Source: an uncultured Alistipes sp.
Lineage (GTDB): Bacteria > Bacteroidota > Bacteroidia > Bacteroidales > Rikenellaceae
Direction of reading: 5' to 3'
NCBI GenBank assembly: GCA_944320665.1
Contig: CALUII010000001.1
Location: 13,344-77,343, forward strand
DNA length: 64,000 nt
In this document: in pieces, positions 48,132-58,094 of the stretch
How the letters are laid out: each line of letters starts with the position of its first letter
How positions within the stretch are numbered: the first letter of the stretch is position 1
Made by a program: the position numbers and the translations under genes
The notes under the pieces: generated by a model
What the model was told of the DNA's origin: nothing
Database searches by the model: none
What the model saw: the letters and a program-made list of their open reading frames with translations, nothing else

Positions 48132-50174
48132 CTATCCTACGACCGCGCCATTCATCGTCCGGTCGTCGGGCTGGAGCAGACGGAGTTTACCGCCGGCATC
48201 CTGCGCCATGAGGATCATCCCCTTGGAGAGGGTGCCCTTCAACTCGCGGGGGGCGAGGTTGACGAGGACGAGGACCTGTTTACCGACCAGCTCCTCGGGT
48301 TTGTAATATTCGGCAATACCCGATACGATTTCGCGGCGATCGATGCCCGTGTCGACGGTCAGTTTGAGCAGTTTCTTGGTCTTGGCGACCTTCTCTGCGG
48401 CGAGGATCGTCGAAACACGGATATCCATGCGTCCGAAGTCATCGAATTGCACCGTATCTTTCTGACTCTCAATATTTTGAGCTGCTTCAGCCGCAGCATT
48501 GGCCGCCTTCGTGGCAGCAAGCTTGTCGAGCTGACGCTGGATGACGTCGTCCTCGATTTTCTCGAAGAGCAACTCGGGCTCGCCGATGCGGTGTCCGGCA
48601 GCGATGAGCTCCATGCTACCGAGCCGTTCCCAGTCGAACTTGTCGACGGCCAGCATGCGGAGGATCTTCTCGGCGGAGAAGGGCATGAAGGGCTCGATGG
48701 CAATGGCCGTATTGGCCGTAATCTGAAGTGCAACGTAGAGGATCGTCTTCACGCGCTCGGGGTCGCTCTTGATGAGCTTCCAGGGCTCCGTATCGGCCAA
48801 ATACTTGTTACCGATACGCGCGACATTCATCGCATCCTTGAGCGCCTCGCGGAAATGGTAGTTCTCTATGTTCGACTCGAGCGAGGCCTTCACGCCGGCC
48901 AGTTCGGCAATGGTCTGACGGTCGTAGTCGTTCAACTCGCCGCACGTCGGGACGACGCCGTCGTAATACTTCTTCGTGAGGACCAGCGCGCGGTTTACGA
49001 AGTTACCCAGCACGGCCACCAACTCGTTGTTGTTGCGTGCCTGGAAGTCCTTCCAGGTGAAGTCGTTGTCCTTCGTCTCGGGGGCATTGGCACAGAGCAC
49101 GTAACGCAGCACATCCTCCTTTCCGGGGAAGTCGTCGAGGTACTCGTGGAGCCACACGGCCCAATTGCGCGACGTAGAGATCTTGTCGCCCTCGAGGTTG
49201 AGGAATTCGTTGGCGGGGACGTTTTCGGGCAAAATAAAGCCTCCGTGCGCCTTGAGCATCGAGGGGAAGACGATGCAGTGGAAAACGATGTTGTCCTTGC
49301 CGATGAAGTGGACGAGCTTCGTGTCGTCCGACTTCCAGTACTTCTCCCAGTCGGGCGTGAGGTCCTTCGTGGCGGAGATGTACCCGATCGGGGCGTCGAA
49401 CCAAACGTAGAGGACCTTTCCCTCGGCGCCCTCCACGGGCACGGGGATACCCCAGTCGAGGTCGCGGCTGACGGCACGGGGCTGCAGGCCGCCGTCCAAC
49501 CAGCTCTTGCACTGACCGTAAACGTTTGACTTCCACTCCTTGTGGCCGTCGAGGATCCACTCGCGGAGGAATTGTTCATACTGATCCAGAGGCAGATACC
49601 AGTGTTTCGTCTCGCGCTTCACGGGTACCGAACCCGAAACGGCGCTGTGGGGCTCGATCAGTTCGTCGGGCGAAAGGGTCGACCCGCACTTCTCGCACTG
49701 GTCGCCATAGGCGCGGTCGTTACCGCACTTGGGGCAGGTACCGACGATATAACGGTCGGCGAGGAAGGTATGCGCCTCCTCGTCGTAGTACTGCATGGAG
49801 GTCTTCTCGATGAACTTACCGTCGTCATAGAGTTTTCTGAAGAACTCCGAGGCGGTCCTGGCATGGGTCGGCGACGAGGTTCGCGAATAGATGTCGAACG
49901 ACATGCCGAGACGCTCGAACGACTCCTTGATGAGCGTATGATAGCGGTCGACGATCGCCTGGGGCGAAACGCCTTCGCGGCGGGCCTTGATGGTGATGGG
50001 CACGCCGTGTTCGTCGCTGCCGCAGACAGAGATGACGTCACGTCCGCGCAGACGCAGATAGCGGGTATAGATATCGGAAGGGATGTAGACTCCGGCCAGG
50101 TGACCGATATGCACGGGACCGTTGGCATAGGGGAGTGCCGAAGTAACGAGATAGCGTTTGAACTCTTTCGCCAT
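48132..50174 (-). CDS. metG: methionine--tRNA ligase with C-terminal tRNA-binding domain
   Basis: [41 protein letters not shown]. Confidence 0.98.
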   Translation of the reverse strand: MAKEFKRYLVTSALPYANGPVHIGHLAGVYIPSDIYTRYLRLRGRDVISVCGSDEHGVPITIKARREGVSPQAIVDRYHTLIKESFERLGMSFDIYSRTSSPTHARTASEFFRKLYDDGKFIEKTSMQYYDEEAHTFLADRYIVGTCPKCGNDRAYGDQCEKCGSTLSPDELIEPHSAVSGSVPVKRETKHWYLPLDQYEQFLREWILDGHKEWKSNVYGQCKSWLDGGLQPRAVSRDLDWGIPVPVEGAEGKVLYVWFDAPIGYISATKDLTPDWEKYWKSDDTKLVHFIGKDNIVFHCIVFPSMLKAHGGFILPENVPANEFLNLEGDKISTSRNWAVWLHEYLDDFPGKEDVLRYVLCANAPETKDNDFTWKDFQARNNNELVAVLGNFVNRALVLTKKYYDGVVPTCGELNDYDRQTIAELAGVKASLESNIENYHFREALKDAMNVARIGNKYLADTEPWKLIKSDPERVKTILYVALQITANTAIAIEPFMPFSAEKILRMLAVDKFDWERLGSMELIAAGHRIGEPELLFEKIEDDVIQRQLDKLAATKAANAAAEAAQNIESQKDTVQFDDFGRMDIRVSTILAAEKVAKTKKLLKLTVDTGIDRREIVSGIAEYYKPEELVGKQVLVLVNLAPRELKGTLSKGMILMAQDAGGKLRLLQPDDRTMNGAVVG

Positions 50175-50323
50175 ATTACAGTATCAGATCAGAGTACGAA
50201 TGATAAATCCTGTCAAAATTACTAATTTTTGTGATAAATCAAAAGTTGGCCACGATATTTCGCACGGAGACTGTGAGAAAACGGGAGAACGCCGCACCGC
50301 AACGGGCGCACTGGGGGCCACAC

Positions 50324-50355
50324 AAAACGACTCCACCGCATCAGCGGTGGAGTCG
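50324..50355 (-). terminator. intrinsic terminator of the fimbrillin-like gene
   Basis: 12-bp perfect stem CGACTCCACCGC-TGAT-GCGGTGGAGTCG then TTTTG. Confidence 0.7.
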
Positions 50356-50411
50356 ACCGATCGGAGTATGCGGAGCAGTCGGAAGGGGATCCGAAAGGCC
50401 GCCGGAGGGTA

Positions 50412-52700
50412 TTACTCCCAGACGATGAAGTTGGCGTAACCACGCTGGGTGGCAATACGATGCGTCTTGAAGAGTTCGCGTAATCCGCTGTCGTACTCGA
50501 CAACGACGGCAACGGCCGTAGCATAATTCGACGGACCATTCTCACGGGCCTCGACGTTGACGATAGCCGGAGCGGTATTTTCCACCCCTATTTCAACGCA
50601 CTCAGCCAAGATGGCTGCGTCATCGAGTGCCTCCCAGTTGGTCAACAGGTCCGAATAGACCCAATAGCGCACCACGCTGGGGTCAAGGGCCGTGATCTCA
50701 TAGCCGACCACATCCCACGGATAGCTCTCGCGCTCGTAGGACATCCACCCGTAAATCGTGCCGTCAGACGGACGGTCCATGAAGTCGTAGAGCACCTCAC
50801 CGACGGTGAAAGGCTGTCCGACAAGACGGGCCGTACTGGGGGTATCGGGATCGATGTTGACACCGAGCAGGTTGCTGCCGCCGAGCGAAATGCTCTGGCG
50901 ATACATGGGCACACCCTTCGTATCCTCGATGGTGTAGATCGTATAGACAGCCTTGTCGGTCGTGAGCGTGAGAGTGAAACCACCCGTATTCCAATAGGTA
51001 CCGCGACTCATGGTTCCACCGACGATATAGAGTTCGTGCGCTTCGGCGAAACCGAGTTTGACGGGTTCTCTCAAGGTGACGGTAGCCTCGGTCAGAGCGG
51101 GAGTGAAGGTATTGTTGCCGCTGGCGTTGTTGAAGAGCATCTCACCGCCGAAATAGACCCCATCACCCATGGTAAGGGTCAGCGACTGAAGCATCTCGTC
51201 CTGCGCATCGGTATTCCAGTTCGACACACTGAATTTCCAGGTAGCCAGGCTCTTTGCATTCATCGGCACGTCGATCGGCACGTTGGGTTCACCGACCGTA
51301 ACGGTGTAATCATACGCGGTATTGCCGCACATCGTGAACTGGTGAGCCGCGGGGATACCGGGATGGAGCTGCGTCTGCGCAAAGGCCACGGGGACACGTA
51401 CCGTACCGGCTACGATCTGCGGATCGCCCGAATCGCCTTCGGGAGTAAGGATCGCCTCATCCGAATAGGGGAAATAGCAGATGATCTCGGTTCCGGCCGG
51501 AGCGACAACGGGCTCCGTGACGAAATAGACGCTGCCCTCTTCGAGGAGGTAATCAGCCGGGATGTTTTGCCCGTTGATGAAGACACCCATGCGGTCGTCC
51601 TCGGCGAATTCGGGTTCGGTCGAATAGAAGAAGAGGGGCGACCCGTCGGCATAGAACGTCGGTTTGAGCTTCAGGGCGACGGGTTCGGGTTCGGACTTGG
51701 TTTCGAACTTGAGGGCAGGCATGTCGAGGATGTCACCGGGCAGGAGCACGGGTTTTTCGACACCGCCGACCGGCTGTTTGACCACAAACGGATCACGGGC
51801 CTCGGTGACCATCACCTCCTGCTGATCCGAAGTCAGCGTGACGGTGAATCCGTCGGGATAACAGGCCGGAGCGACCACGACGTAGATGGGCGTCGGCTGC
51901 TCGGGATCGACCGAGAGCTCGATCGGCCCCTGAAGGTCAACGGCCTTCGTACCGGCCTGTGCGGGCACGACGGCAAAAGCCCCCTGGCCCTCGATCAGGG
52001 CGTAGTCGACCACCGGATCGGCATACGTATCGTAGAGGATTTCGTCGATCTTCAAGAGGTTTTCCCCGGCGATGCTGCACTCGGCGGCGGCCTCATCGGC
52101 GGCCGTAGGCACGGCCTCGATCCGTACGTCGGTCAAGACGGTGGGCTGGTCGGCATAAACATTGAGCCGTATGGCCGCGGCCATGGGCTTGAAGAGGATC
52201 TCCTCATCGCCCTGCTTCCAGAAAGCGGCCATGGGCATGGCCTTCTGTGCGAAGCTGCCGGCCACATACTCCTGCACCTCGGGCACGGCGGCACCGAGGA
52301 GCGTTCGGTCGGATTCGATACGGCAGAGAGCCGACTCGTAGGGATATACGGCCGCGAAATAGTCTGCATCGGCCACATACGCCGGCGGGAGCTCGCCAAC
52401 GAACGAAGCCTTGAGACCGCCGACACCGTTGGCCAGGGTATACTCGGCGAGAGCATCTCCCTCGTCACAGACAACTGCAATGCGGTCATCGGCACTCCAC
52501 ATGGCATAGAGTGCCCCGTCGCTATCGGTCAACTGGGTACGCGACGCGGGTTCATTGACCGAGGCGATGGAGGTCACCAGGGTATATTTACCGGTGACCG
52601 GGACGGGCGACAAGGCATCGACCTCCTCGACATCCTGTGAACAGGCGACGAAGGCGGACAAAGCCGTGGCCGACACGAGATACAACCACAAACGTTTCAT
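50412..52700 (-). CDS. fimbrillin-like (type V pilin-like) surface lipoprotein
   Basis: Lipobox FVAC, ASRT processing-like site, WSADDRIAV..AVYPY..VPEVQ and a second EDDRMGVF..CYFPY..AQTQ unit; ATG 52700. Confidence 0.65.
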   Translation of the reverse strand: MKRLWLYLVSATALSAFVACSQDVEEVDALSPVPVTGKYTLVTSIASVNEPASRTQLTDSDGALYAMWSADDRIAVVCDEGDALAEYTLANGVGGLKASFVGELPPAYVADADYFAAVYPYESALCRIESDRTLLGAAVPEVQEYVAGSFAQKAMPMAAFWKQGDEEILFKPMAAAIRLNVYADQPTVLTDVRIEAVPTAADEAAAECSIAGENLLKIDEILYDTYADPVVDYALIEGQGAFAVVPAQAGTKAVDLQGPIELSVDPEQPTPIYVVVAPACYPDGFTVTLTSDQQEVMVTEARDPFVVKQPVGGVEKPVLLPGDILDMPALKFETKSEPEPVALKLKPTFYADGSPLFFYSTEPEFAEDDRMGVFINGQNIPADYLLEEGSVYFVTEPVVAPAGTEIICYFPYSDEAILTPEGDSGDPQIVAGTVRVPVAFAQTQLHPGIPAAHQFTMCGNTAYDYTVTVGEPNVPIDVPMNAKSLATWKFSVSNWNTDAQDEMLQSLTLTMGDGVYFGGEMLFNNASGNNTFTPALTEATVTLREPVKLGFAEAHELYIVGGTMSRGTYWNTGGFTLTLTTDKAVYTIYTIEDTKGVPMYRQSISLGGSNLLGVNIDPDTPSTARLVGQPFTVGEVLYDFMDRPSDGTIYGWMSYERESYPWDVVGYEITALDPSVVRYWVYSDLLTNWEALDDAAILAECVEIGVENTAPAIVNVEARENGPSNYATAVAVVVEYDSGLRELFKTHRIATQRGYANFIVWE

Positions 52701-53164
52701 ACGCATCAAGATTTTAGACGTTAATAATTCCATTGTCCGGGTTGGTTGTCGAAAGGCGAAGAACCGCCTTCGGGCAGATCGGACATGGCATAACCGGCTT
52801 CGCACAGAAACCGCACCTCCGTCACAGCAGGAGCCACGTAAGCATCCTTTTTGTAGAAAGACTCCATAGCAAAAAAATTTACAAGATTAACCCTTTGAGA
52901 CGTTTTTGCATATCAAATATAGGTCAAAAATTAACATTTTATACACAAATATTTATATTTAATAAATAATATTATAATATACGGCTTAATTAACCCCAAA
53001 TTCATACATTTGTATGATCCAACCGCGACAAGTTGTCTTACTCCCCGCCTCCGCCACCCAGGGGCACTACGGCTCCCGGGTGCCCTCCCCCTTCTTTTCT
53101 CCGCCCGCGCCGCAAAGGGGCAGCCCGCTCCACAAACGAACAGCCCGCACGGGAGGGAAGGGAG

Positions 53165-53216
53165 AAAAAACACGAAATCCGGCCCTCCGTGTTCACACAC
53201 GGGGGCCGGATTTTCG
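53165..53216 (-). terminator. hairpin downstream of dpp7
   Basis: AAATCCGGCCC.CCGTG/CACGGGGGCCGGATTT inverted repeat with a T-tract on the minus strand. Confidence 0.65.
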
Positions 53217-53295
53217 CTTGTACGATCGGCGCTACGCTATTCTTTCACACGTCACACATCCTGCCACACGCAGCACCGATCCGCCTCTGCACACG

Positions 53296-55437
53296 CTATC
53301 GGCGAGCGGCACGCGGGGCCTTCTTCTGCACGATATCCATCTCATCGAGCAACCATCCAGCGCCGGCATACTTGTCGATGATGAAGAGGACGTAACGCGC
53401 GTCGACAGCGATCGTACGCTGCAGTTCGGGCTCGAAGGCGACGTCACCCGACATGGCCTCCCAGTTTCCGTCGAAGGCCAGACCGATCAGTTCGCCGCGT
53501 GCATTCATCACGGGCGAACCGGAGTTACCGCCCGTAATGTCGCAGTTGATGAGGAAAGCGAGGGGCATCTCGCCGTTACGGTTGGCATAACGGCCGAAAT
53601 CGCGGGCCTCGTAGAGCTCCTTGAGACGCTCGGGAACGACGAATTCGGGGTTTTCGGGATTCTCCTTCTCCATGACGCCCTTGAGCGTGGTGTAGTACTT
53701 GTAGGTCACACCGTCCTGGGGATCGTATGGCAGCACCTGTCCGTAGGTCAGACGCAGCGTGAAGTTGGCATCGGGATACCACGCCTTGTCGGGCTGCATG
53801 CGCATCAGGCCGGCGATGTAGAGACGGTGTCCCTCGGCATACTTCTGCTGAGCGGGTTTAGCCTTTTCGGCGAGCTCCATATACTTTGCCATCACCGACT
53901 TGGCCATCGGCACGACGGGATCGGCCTGCACCTTCTCGGCCGAGAAGTTCTCGATAAGCTCCATGCACTTCTGCTCCGAAGCGAAGATCGAGTTGTCGTA
54001 GAGGTAATCGACATAGGCGTCGATATCGCCGTTGAACTGCTTGTCGATGATCTCGGTGTAGAAATCGGGCAGATCGGTCATGTGCTCGCGCGCGATGGTC
54101 AGCATGCGTTTGGCCACCTTACGGTCTGTGGGGGCGTTGTAGTCCTTGTACCAGTTGGCCATCACCTCCTTCATCTTCTCGACGTCGTTGATCTCGGTCA
54201 CCTTGAGGAAGGTGTTTGCGGGGCGGATCACCTCCACGGCGGTGAAGAAGGCCTCCGAGAGGTACTGCATGTCGCCGTTGATCGGGGTGAGCTGAGCGAT
54301 GGCCTCACGGATCATGGGCAGCGCCTCCATGAACTTCTCCTCGGGGAGGGAATTTCGGTCGGCCCAGGCCTGGAAGGCCTCCTCCTGAGCCTGTTTTTTA
54401 CCCTTTACGTCGAGTTTCTTGATACCGCGCGACATGCCGATCGAGTTTTTCCAGTAGTTCGACGACACGGCGTATTTCGAGGCATACTGGATGCGCACCT
54501 TGTCGCTGGCGCTCATGTCCTCCTTGAGCAGACGCTGGCGCTCGCCGCGGATGAAGATTCGGTTGGGGTTGTCGACCTCGAGCATCTTGTCGATCTCATA
54601 CGAGGTCATGTACCGCTCGGTCGAACCGGGGAAACCCATGATCATGGCGAAATCGCCCTCGTCGAAACCGTCGAGCGAGATCTTCAGGTGGTTCGGGGTC
54701 TGATAGGGGACGTTATCGGGCGAGTATGCAGCGGGTTTGTTCTCCTTGTTGGCATAGACGCGGAAGATCGAGAAGTCGCCCGTGTGGCGGGGCCACATCC
54801 AGTTGTCGGTCTCGCCGCCGAACTTGCCGATCGACGAGGGGGGAGTTCCGACCAGACGCACGTCGGTGAAGGTCTCGATGACAAAGGCGAAGTACTGGTT
54901 TCCGCCGAAGAAGTCCTTGATCTGAATCTCCATGCCGGGATGCTCCTTCTGGAGTTTTTCGGCGAGAGCCTTGGTGTTTTCGGCGATGATGCGGCTGCGC
55001 TCCTGCTCCGATGCGATGCTGGGGACATTACCGGTGAGATCGGCCGTGGCGTCGATGATCTGACGGATGAAGCGCACCTCGAGTCCCGGAGCGGGGAGCT
55101 CCTCCTGATTGGACTGGGCCCAGAAGCCATACTTCAGGTAGTCGTGATCGACCGACGAGAGGGCCTGAATCGAGCCGTAACCGCAGTGGTGGTTGGTGAA
55201 GACGAGTCCCTGGTCCGAGACGATTTCGCCCGTACAACCGTTACCGAAGATGACGATGGCATCCTTCAGCGCGGCCTGGTTGAGGCTGTAGATCTCCTCG
55301 GCGGAGAGTTTGCAGCCCTTCTCCTTCATCTGCTTGATGTTCATCTTCTGCAGGTAGGGCAGCAGCCACATACCCTCGTCGGCGAAGGCCGAGAGCGACA
55401 GCGCCGCCGCCGCGATCACTAAAAAGAGTTTTTTCAT
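53296..55437 (-). CDS. dpp7: S46 family dipeptidyl-peptidase, DPP7 type
   Basis: Signal peptide, DEGMWL, TNHHCGY, TGGNSGSPV, FDGNWE (Gly rather than the Arg of DPP11). Confidence 0.9.
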   Translation of the reverse strand: MKKLFLVIAAAALSLSAFADEGMWLLPYLQKMNIKQMKEKGCKLSAEEIYSLNQAALKDAIVIFGNGCTGEIVSDQGLVFTNHHCGYGSIQALSSVDHDYLKYGFWAQSNQEELPAPGLEVRFIRQIIDATADLTGNVPSIASEQERSRIIAENTKALAEKLQKEHPGMEIQIKDFFGGNQYFAFVIETFTDVRLVGTPPSSIGKFGGETDNWMWPRHTGDFSIFRVYANKENKPAAYSPDNVPYQTPNHLKISLDGFDEGDFAMIMGFPGSTERYMTSYEIDKMLEVDNPNRIFIRGERQRLLKEDMSASDKVRIQYASKYAVSSNYWKNSIGMSRGIKKLDVKGKKQAQEEAFQAWADRNSLPEEKFMEALPMIREAIAQLTPINGDMQYLSEAFFTAVEVIRPANTFLKVTEINDVEKMKEVMANWYKDYNAPTDRKVAKRMLTIAREHMTDLPDFYTEIIDKQFNGDIDAYVDYLYDNSIFASEQKCMELIENFSAEKVQADPVVPMAKSVMAKYMELAEKAKPAQQKYAEGHRLYIAGLMRMQPDKAWYPDANFTLRLTYGQVLPYDPQDGVTYKYYTTLKGVMEKENPENPEFVVPERLKELYEARDFGRYANRNGEMPLAFLINCDITGGNSGSPVMNARGELIGLAFDGNWEAMSGDVAFEPELQRTIAVDARYVLFIIDKYAGAGWLLDEMDIVQKKAPRAARR

Positions 55438-55514
55438 ACTGTTTTTTGAGAAGTTTGTTTAAATAGTAAAAGATTGATTGATGCTTCCGTATTCATCGGG
55501 TTCGGCTCCGGTTG

Positions 55515-56462
55515 CTACCGGTCGATCCGCCCGTTGATCATGTTTCGGATCGAGCGTTCGGCACGCCGGCGCGTCTCCTCGTCGATCACCACCTCGGGTT
55601 CGAGCCGTTCGAGGCATCGGGCGATGTTCTCGAGGGTGACCATCTTCATGTACCGGCAGTCGTTGCATCCGCACGTGGAGTCGATCGGCGGGGCCGGGAT
55701 GAAGCTCTTGTGGGGATACCGTCGCTTCATCTCGGCGAGGATGCCGGGCTCGGTGACGACGATGAACTCCAGAGCGGGGTCCTGGCCGCAGAAGTTGAGG
55801 ATGGCGGCCGTCGATCCGACGAAGTCGGCCACGGCAATGACCGGGGCCTTGCACTCGGGATGGGCCACCACCCTGGCCTGGGGATGCAGGCGCTTGAGTT
55901 CGAGGATCTTCTCGAGCGAGAACTCCTCGTGCACGTGGCAGGCACCGTCCCAGATGACCATGTTGTCGCGTCCGGTGAGTTTCTGGATGTAGGATCCGAG
56001 GTTGCGGTCCGGGGCGAAGATAATGGGCTGCTCGCGGGGGATCGACTCGACGACCTGGAGGGCGTTTGAGGAGGTGCAGCAGATGTCCGTCAGGGCCTTG
56101 ACGCCGACGGTCGTATTGACGTACGAGACGACCGTATGGCCCGGATATTTAGCCTTGAAGGCTTCGAAATCGCGGGCGTCGCACGATTCGGCGAGCGAGC
56201 AACCGGCCTCGGGGCAGGGGATGAGCACCCTCTTGTCGGGGCAGAGGACCTTGGCGGTCTCGGCCATGAAGTGCACGCCGGCGAAGAGGATGACCTCGGC
56301 GTCGACGGACTGCGCCTGGACGGAGAGGGCGAGCGAGTCGCCGAGGAAGTCGGCGACGGCCTGCACGTCGGGGGTCGTATAGTAGTGAGCGAGGATGACG
56401 GCCTTGCGGCTGCGCTTGAGTTCGGCGATTTGCCGGACGAGATCGTTTCGGTTTTCAGCCAT
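55515..56462 (-). CDS. nadA: quinolinate synthase
   Basis: ILAHYY, GDSL, GVHFMAETAK, AGCSLA, CTSSNA, CHVH, AHPEC, CRYMK. Confidence 0.96.
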   Translation of the reverse strand: MAENRNDLVRQIAELKRSRKAVILAHYYTTPDVQAVADFLGDSLALSVQAQSVDAEVILFAGVHFMAETAKVLCPDKRVLIPCPEAGCSLAESCDARDFEAFKAKYPGHTVVSYVNTTVGVKALTDICCTSSNALQVVESIPREQPIIFAPDRNLGSYIQKLTGRDNMVIWDGACHVHEEFSLEKILELKRLHPQARVVAHPECKAPVIAVADFVGSTAAILNFCGQDPALEFIVVTEPGILAEMKRRYPHKSFIPAPPIDSTCGCNDCRYMKMVTLENIARCLERLEPEVVIDEETRRRAERSIRNMINGRIDR

Positions 56463-56852
56463 CTCTTTTTCTTTTTTATTCCTTTTTAAAATTTAAATAA
56501 GAAAATAAGAATAAAAATAAAGGGTGTTCATACTGTGCATAACTTCACCCGTCGCGGAGTTATCGACAACCGCATGGATTTCTGTTCTTATTTTCACGCC
56601 TCGTTGTTTTTTGGGATCAATGAGTTGGCGGTTTTATGAACAAATGTTCCTTTTCGTTTTCAACATTTCGACACTCCCGAATTATGAACATCTGCCCGGT
56701 TGTTGCTGTTTGTTTCGCCGGCAGTAACTTGTGAAAACTTTTTTTGGATATCCGGAAAAGTTGGTCATACACTCGGGGAGTTGGTTTTTGCAAATTTTCG
56801 GGTCTCGATTTTTCACGACTTGTCGACGGTTTTTTACCGGGTTTTGAACAGG
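56463..56852. other. oriC: candidate chromosomal replication origin (oriC)
   Basis: AT-rich tract, NAN trio-like run 56498-56521, GGG, tandem boxes TGTTCATAC/TGTGCATAA (56525-56542), further boxes at 56560, 56634, 56657, 56682, 56842; parS and mnmG about 10 kb away. Confidence 0.75.
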
Positions 56853-57905
56853 CTAAAGTTGGTTTTTCATCACCTTATCGACAATCTTTTGGGCGACGTC
56901 CCGGTAGTAGGGTTCGACCATAGGGTCGCACGTTGCGGCGGGGCTGCCCGCATCGCTTCCCTCCATAATCGACTGAACGATCGGAATTTCGCCCAGAAAA
57001 TCGACGCCGTTCTCCTCGGCGAACCGGCGTGCACCGCCCCGTCCGAAGAGGTAGTATCGGTTCTGCGGCAGTTCGGCGGGGGTGAACCAGGCCATGTTTT
57101 CGACAATGCCGGCCACGGGGATCTTCACCTGCGGGTTGCGGAAGAGCTCCACGCCGCGGCGTACGTCGGCCACGGCGACCTGCTGCGGCGTCGAGACGAT
57201 GACGGCGCTGTCGATCTTCAGTTCGTTAATAATAGATAGGTGTATGTCGCCCGTCCCGGGGGGGAGGTCCGTGAGCAGGACGTCGAGTTTACCCCACCGC
57301 GTCTGGTGGATGAGTTGCCGGAGGGCGTTGACGGCCATGGCGCCGCGCCAGAGCAGGGCGTCGTTGGGTTTGACGAAGAATCCGATCGACATGATCTTGA
57401 TTCCCATCGACTCCGCCGGAACGATCTGGTCCATGTCGTCCTCGTGTACGGCGGCGGGCAGGTAGTCCTCCACACCGAAGAGCTTCGGCTGCGAGGGGCC
57501 GTAGATGTCGGCGTCGAGTATGCCGACGCGGTATCCCAGGTTTCGGAGGGCGATGGCGAGGTTGGCCGTGACGGTCGACTTGCCGACGCCGCCCTTGCCC
57601 GAAGCGACGGCCACCACGTGACCGATCTGGCCGGTCGTTGATTTCTGTTCGGCCTCGACCTTGCGGGGGGTACCCTCGTGCACGTCGACCTCGACGGTGC
57701 ACTGCGGGAAGGCTTCGGCGATCGCCTCCTGAGCCTGTTTTCTGAGTTTCGGGGCGAAGGGGTCACGCGCCTTGGCGAAGCGGAGCGTGACGACGATTCG
57801 CTCCGCCGAGGCCTCGATGCGCTCGACCATACCGCCCGAGAGCAGATCGTGTCCCTTTTCGGGGTGTATGATGGCGGAGAGCAGTTCTCTGATTTTTTTC
57901 TCCAT
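56853..57905 (-). CDS. mrp: Mrp/NBP35 (ApbC) Fe-S cluster carrier ATPase
   Basis: ASGKGGVGKST, DADIYGPS, DLPPGTGD, STPQ, GIVENM. Confidence 0.95.
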   Translation of the reverse strand: MEKKIRELLSAIIHPEKGHDLLSGGMVERIEASAERIVVTLRFAKARDPFAPKLRKQAQEAIAEAFPQCTVEVDVHEGTPRKVEAEQKSTTGQIGHVVAVASGKGGVGKSTVTANLAIALRNLGYRVGILDADIYGPSQPKLFGVEDYLPAAVHEDDMDQIVPAESMGIKIMSIGFFVKPNDALLWRGAMAVNALRQLIHQTRWGKLDVLLTDLPPGTGDIHLSIINELKIDSAVIVSTPQQVAVADVRRGVELFRNPQVKIPVAGIVENMAWFTPAELPQNRYYLFGRGGARRFAEENGVDFLGEIPIVQSIMEGSDAGSPAATCDPMVEPYYRDVAQKIVDKVMKNQL

Positions 57906-58094
57906 AGGACAAAAATAGTTTTTATGGACAAATATAGTGTTAATTTCCGATTTATGACAGGAAGAGGCAAAAAAGTTTATCGAAAAACGATAAATTTTAT
58001 TTGTTTCTCAGGAAAACTTCCTATATTTGCGTGACACGCCGTGCGGAAACGCCGCGGCTTTCAGGCTTTGTTGAAACTTCAAAACCGCTAATTC

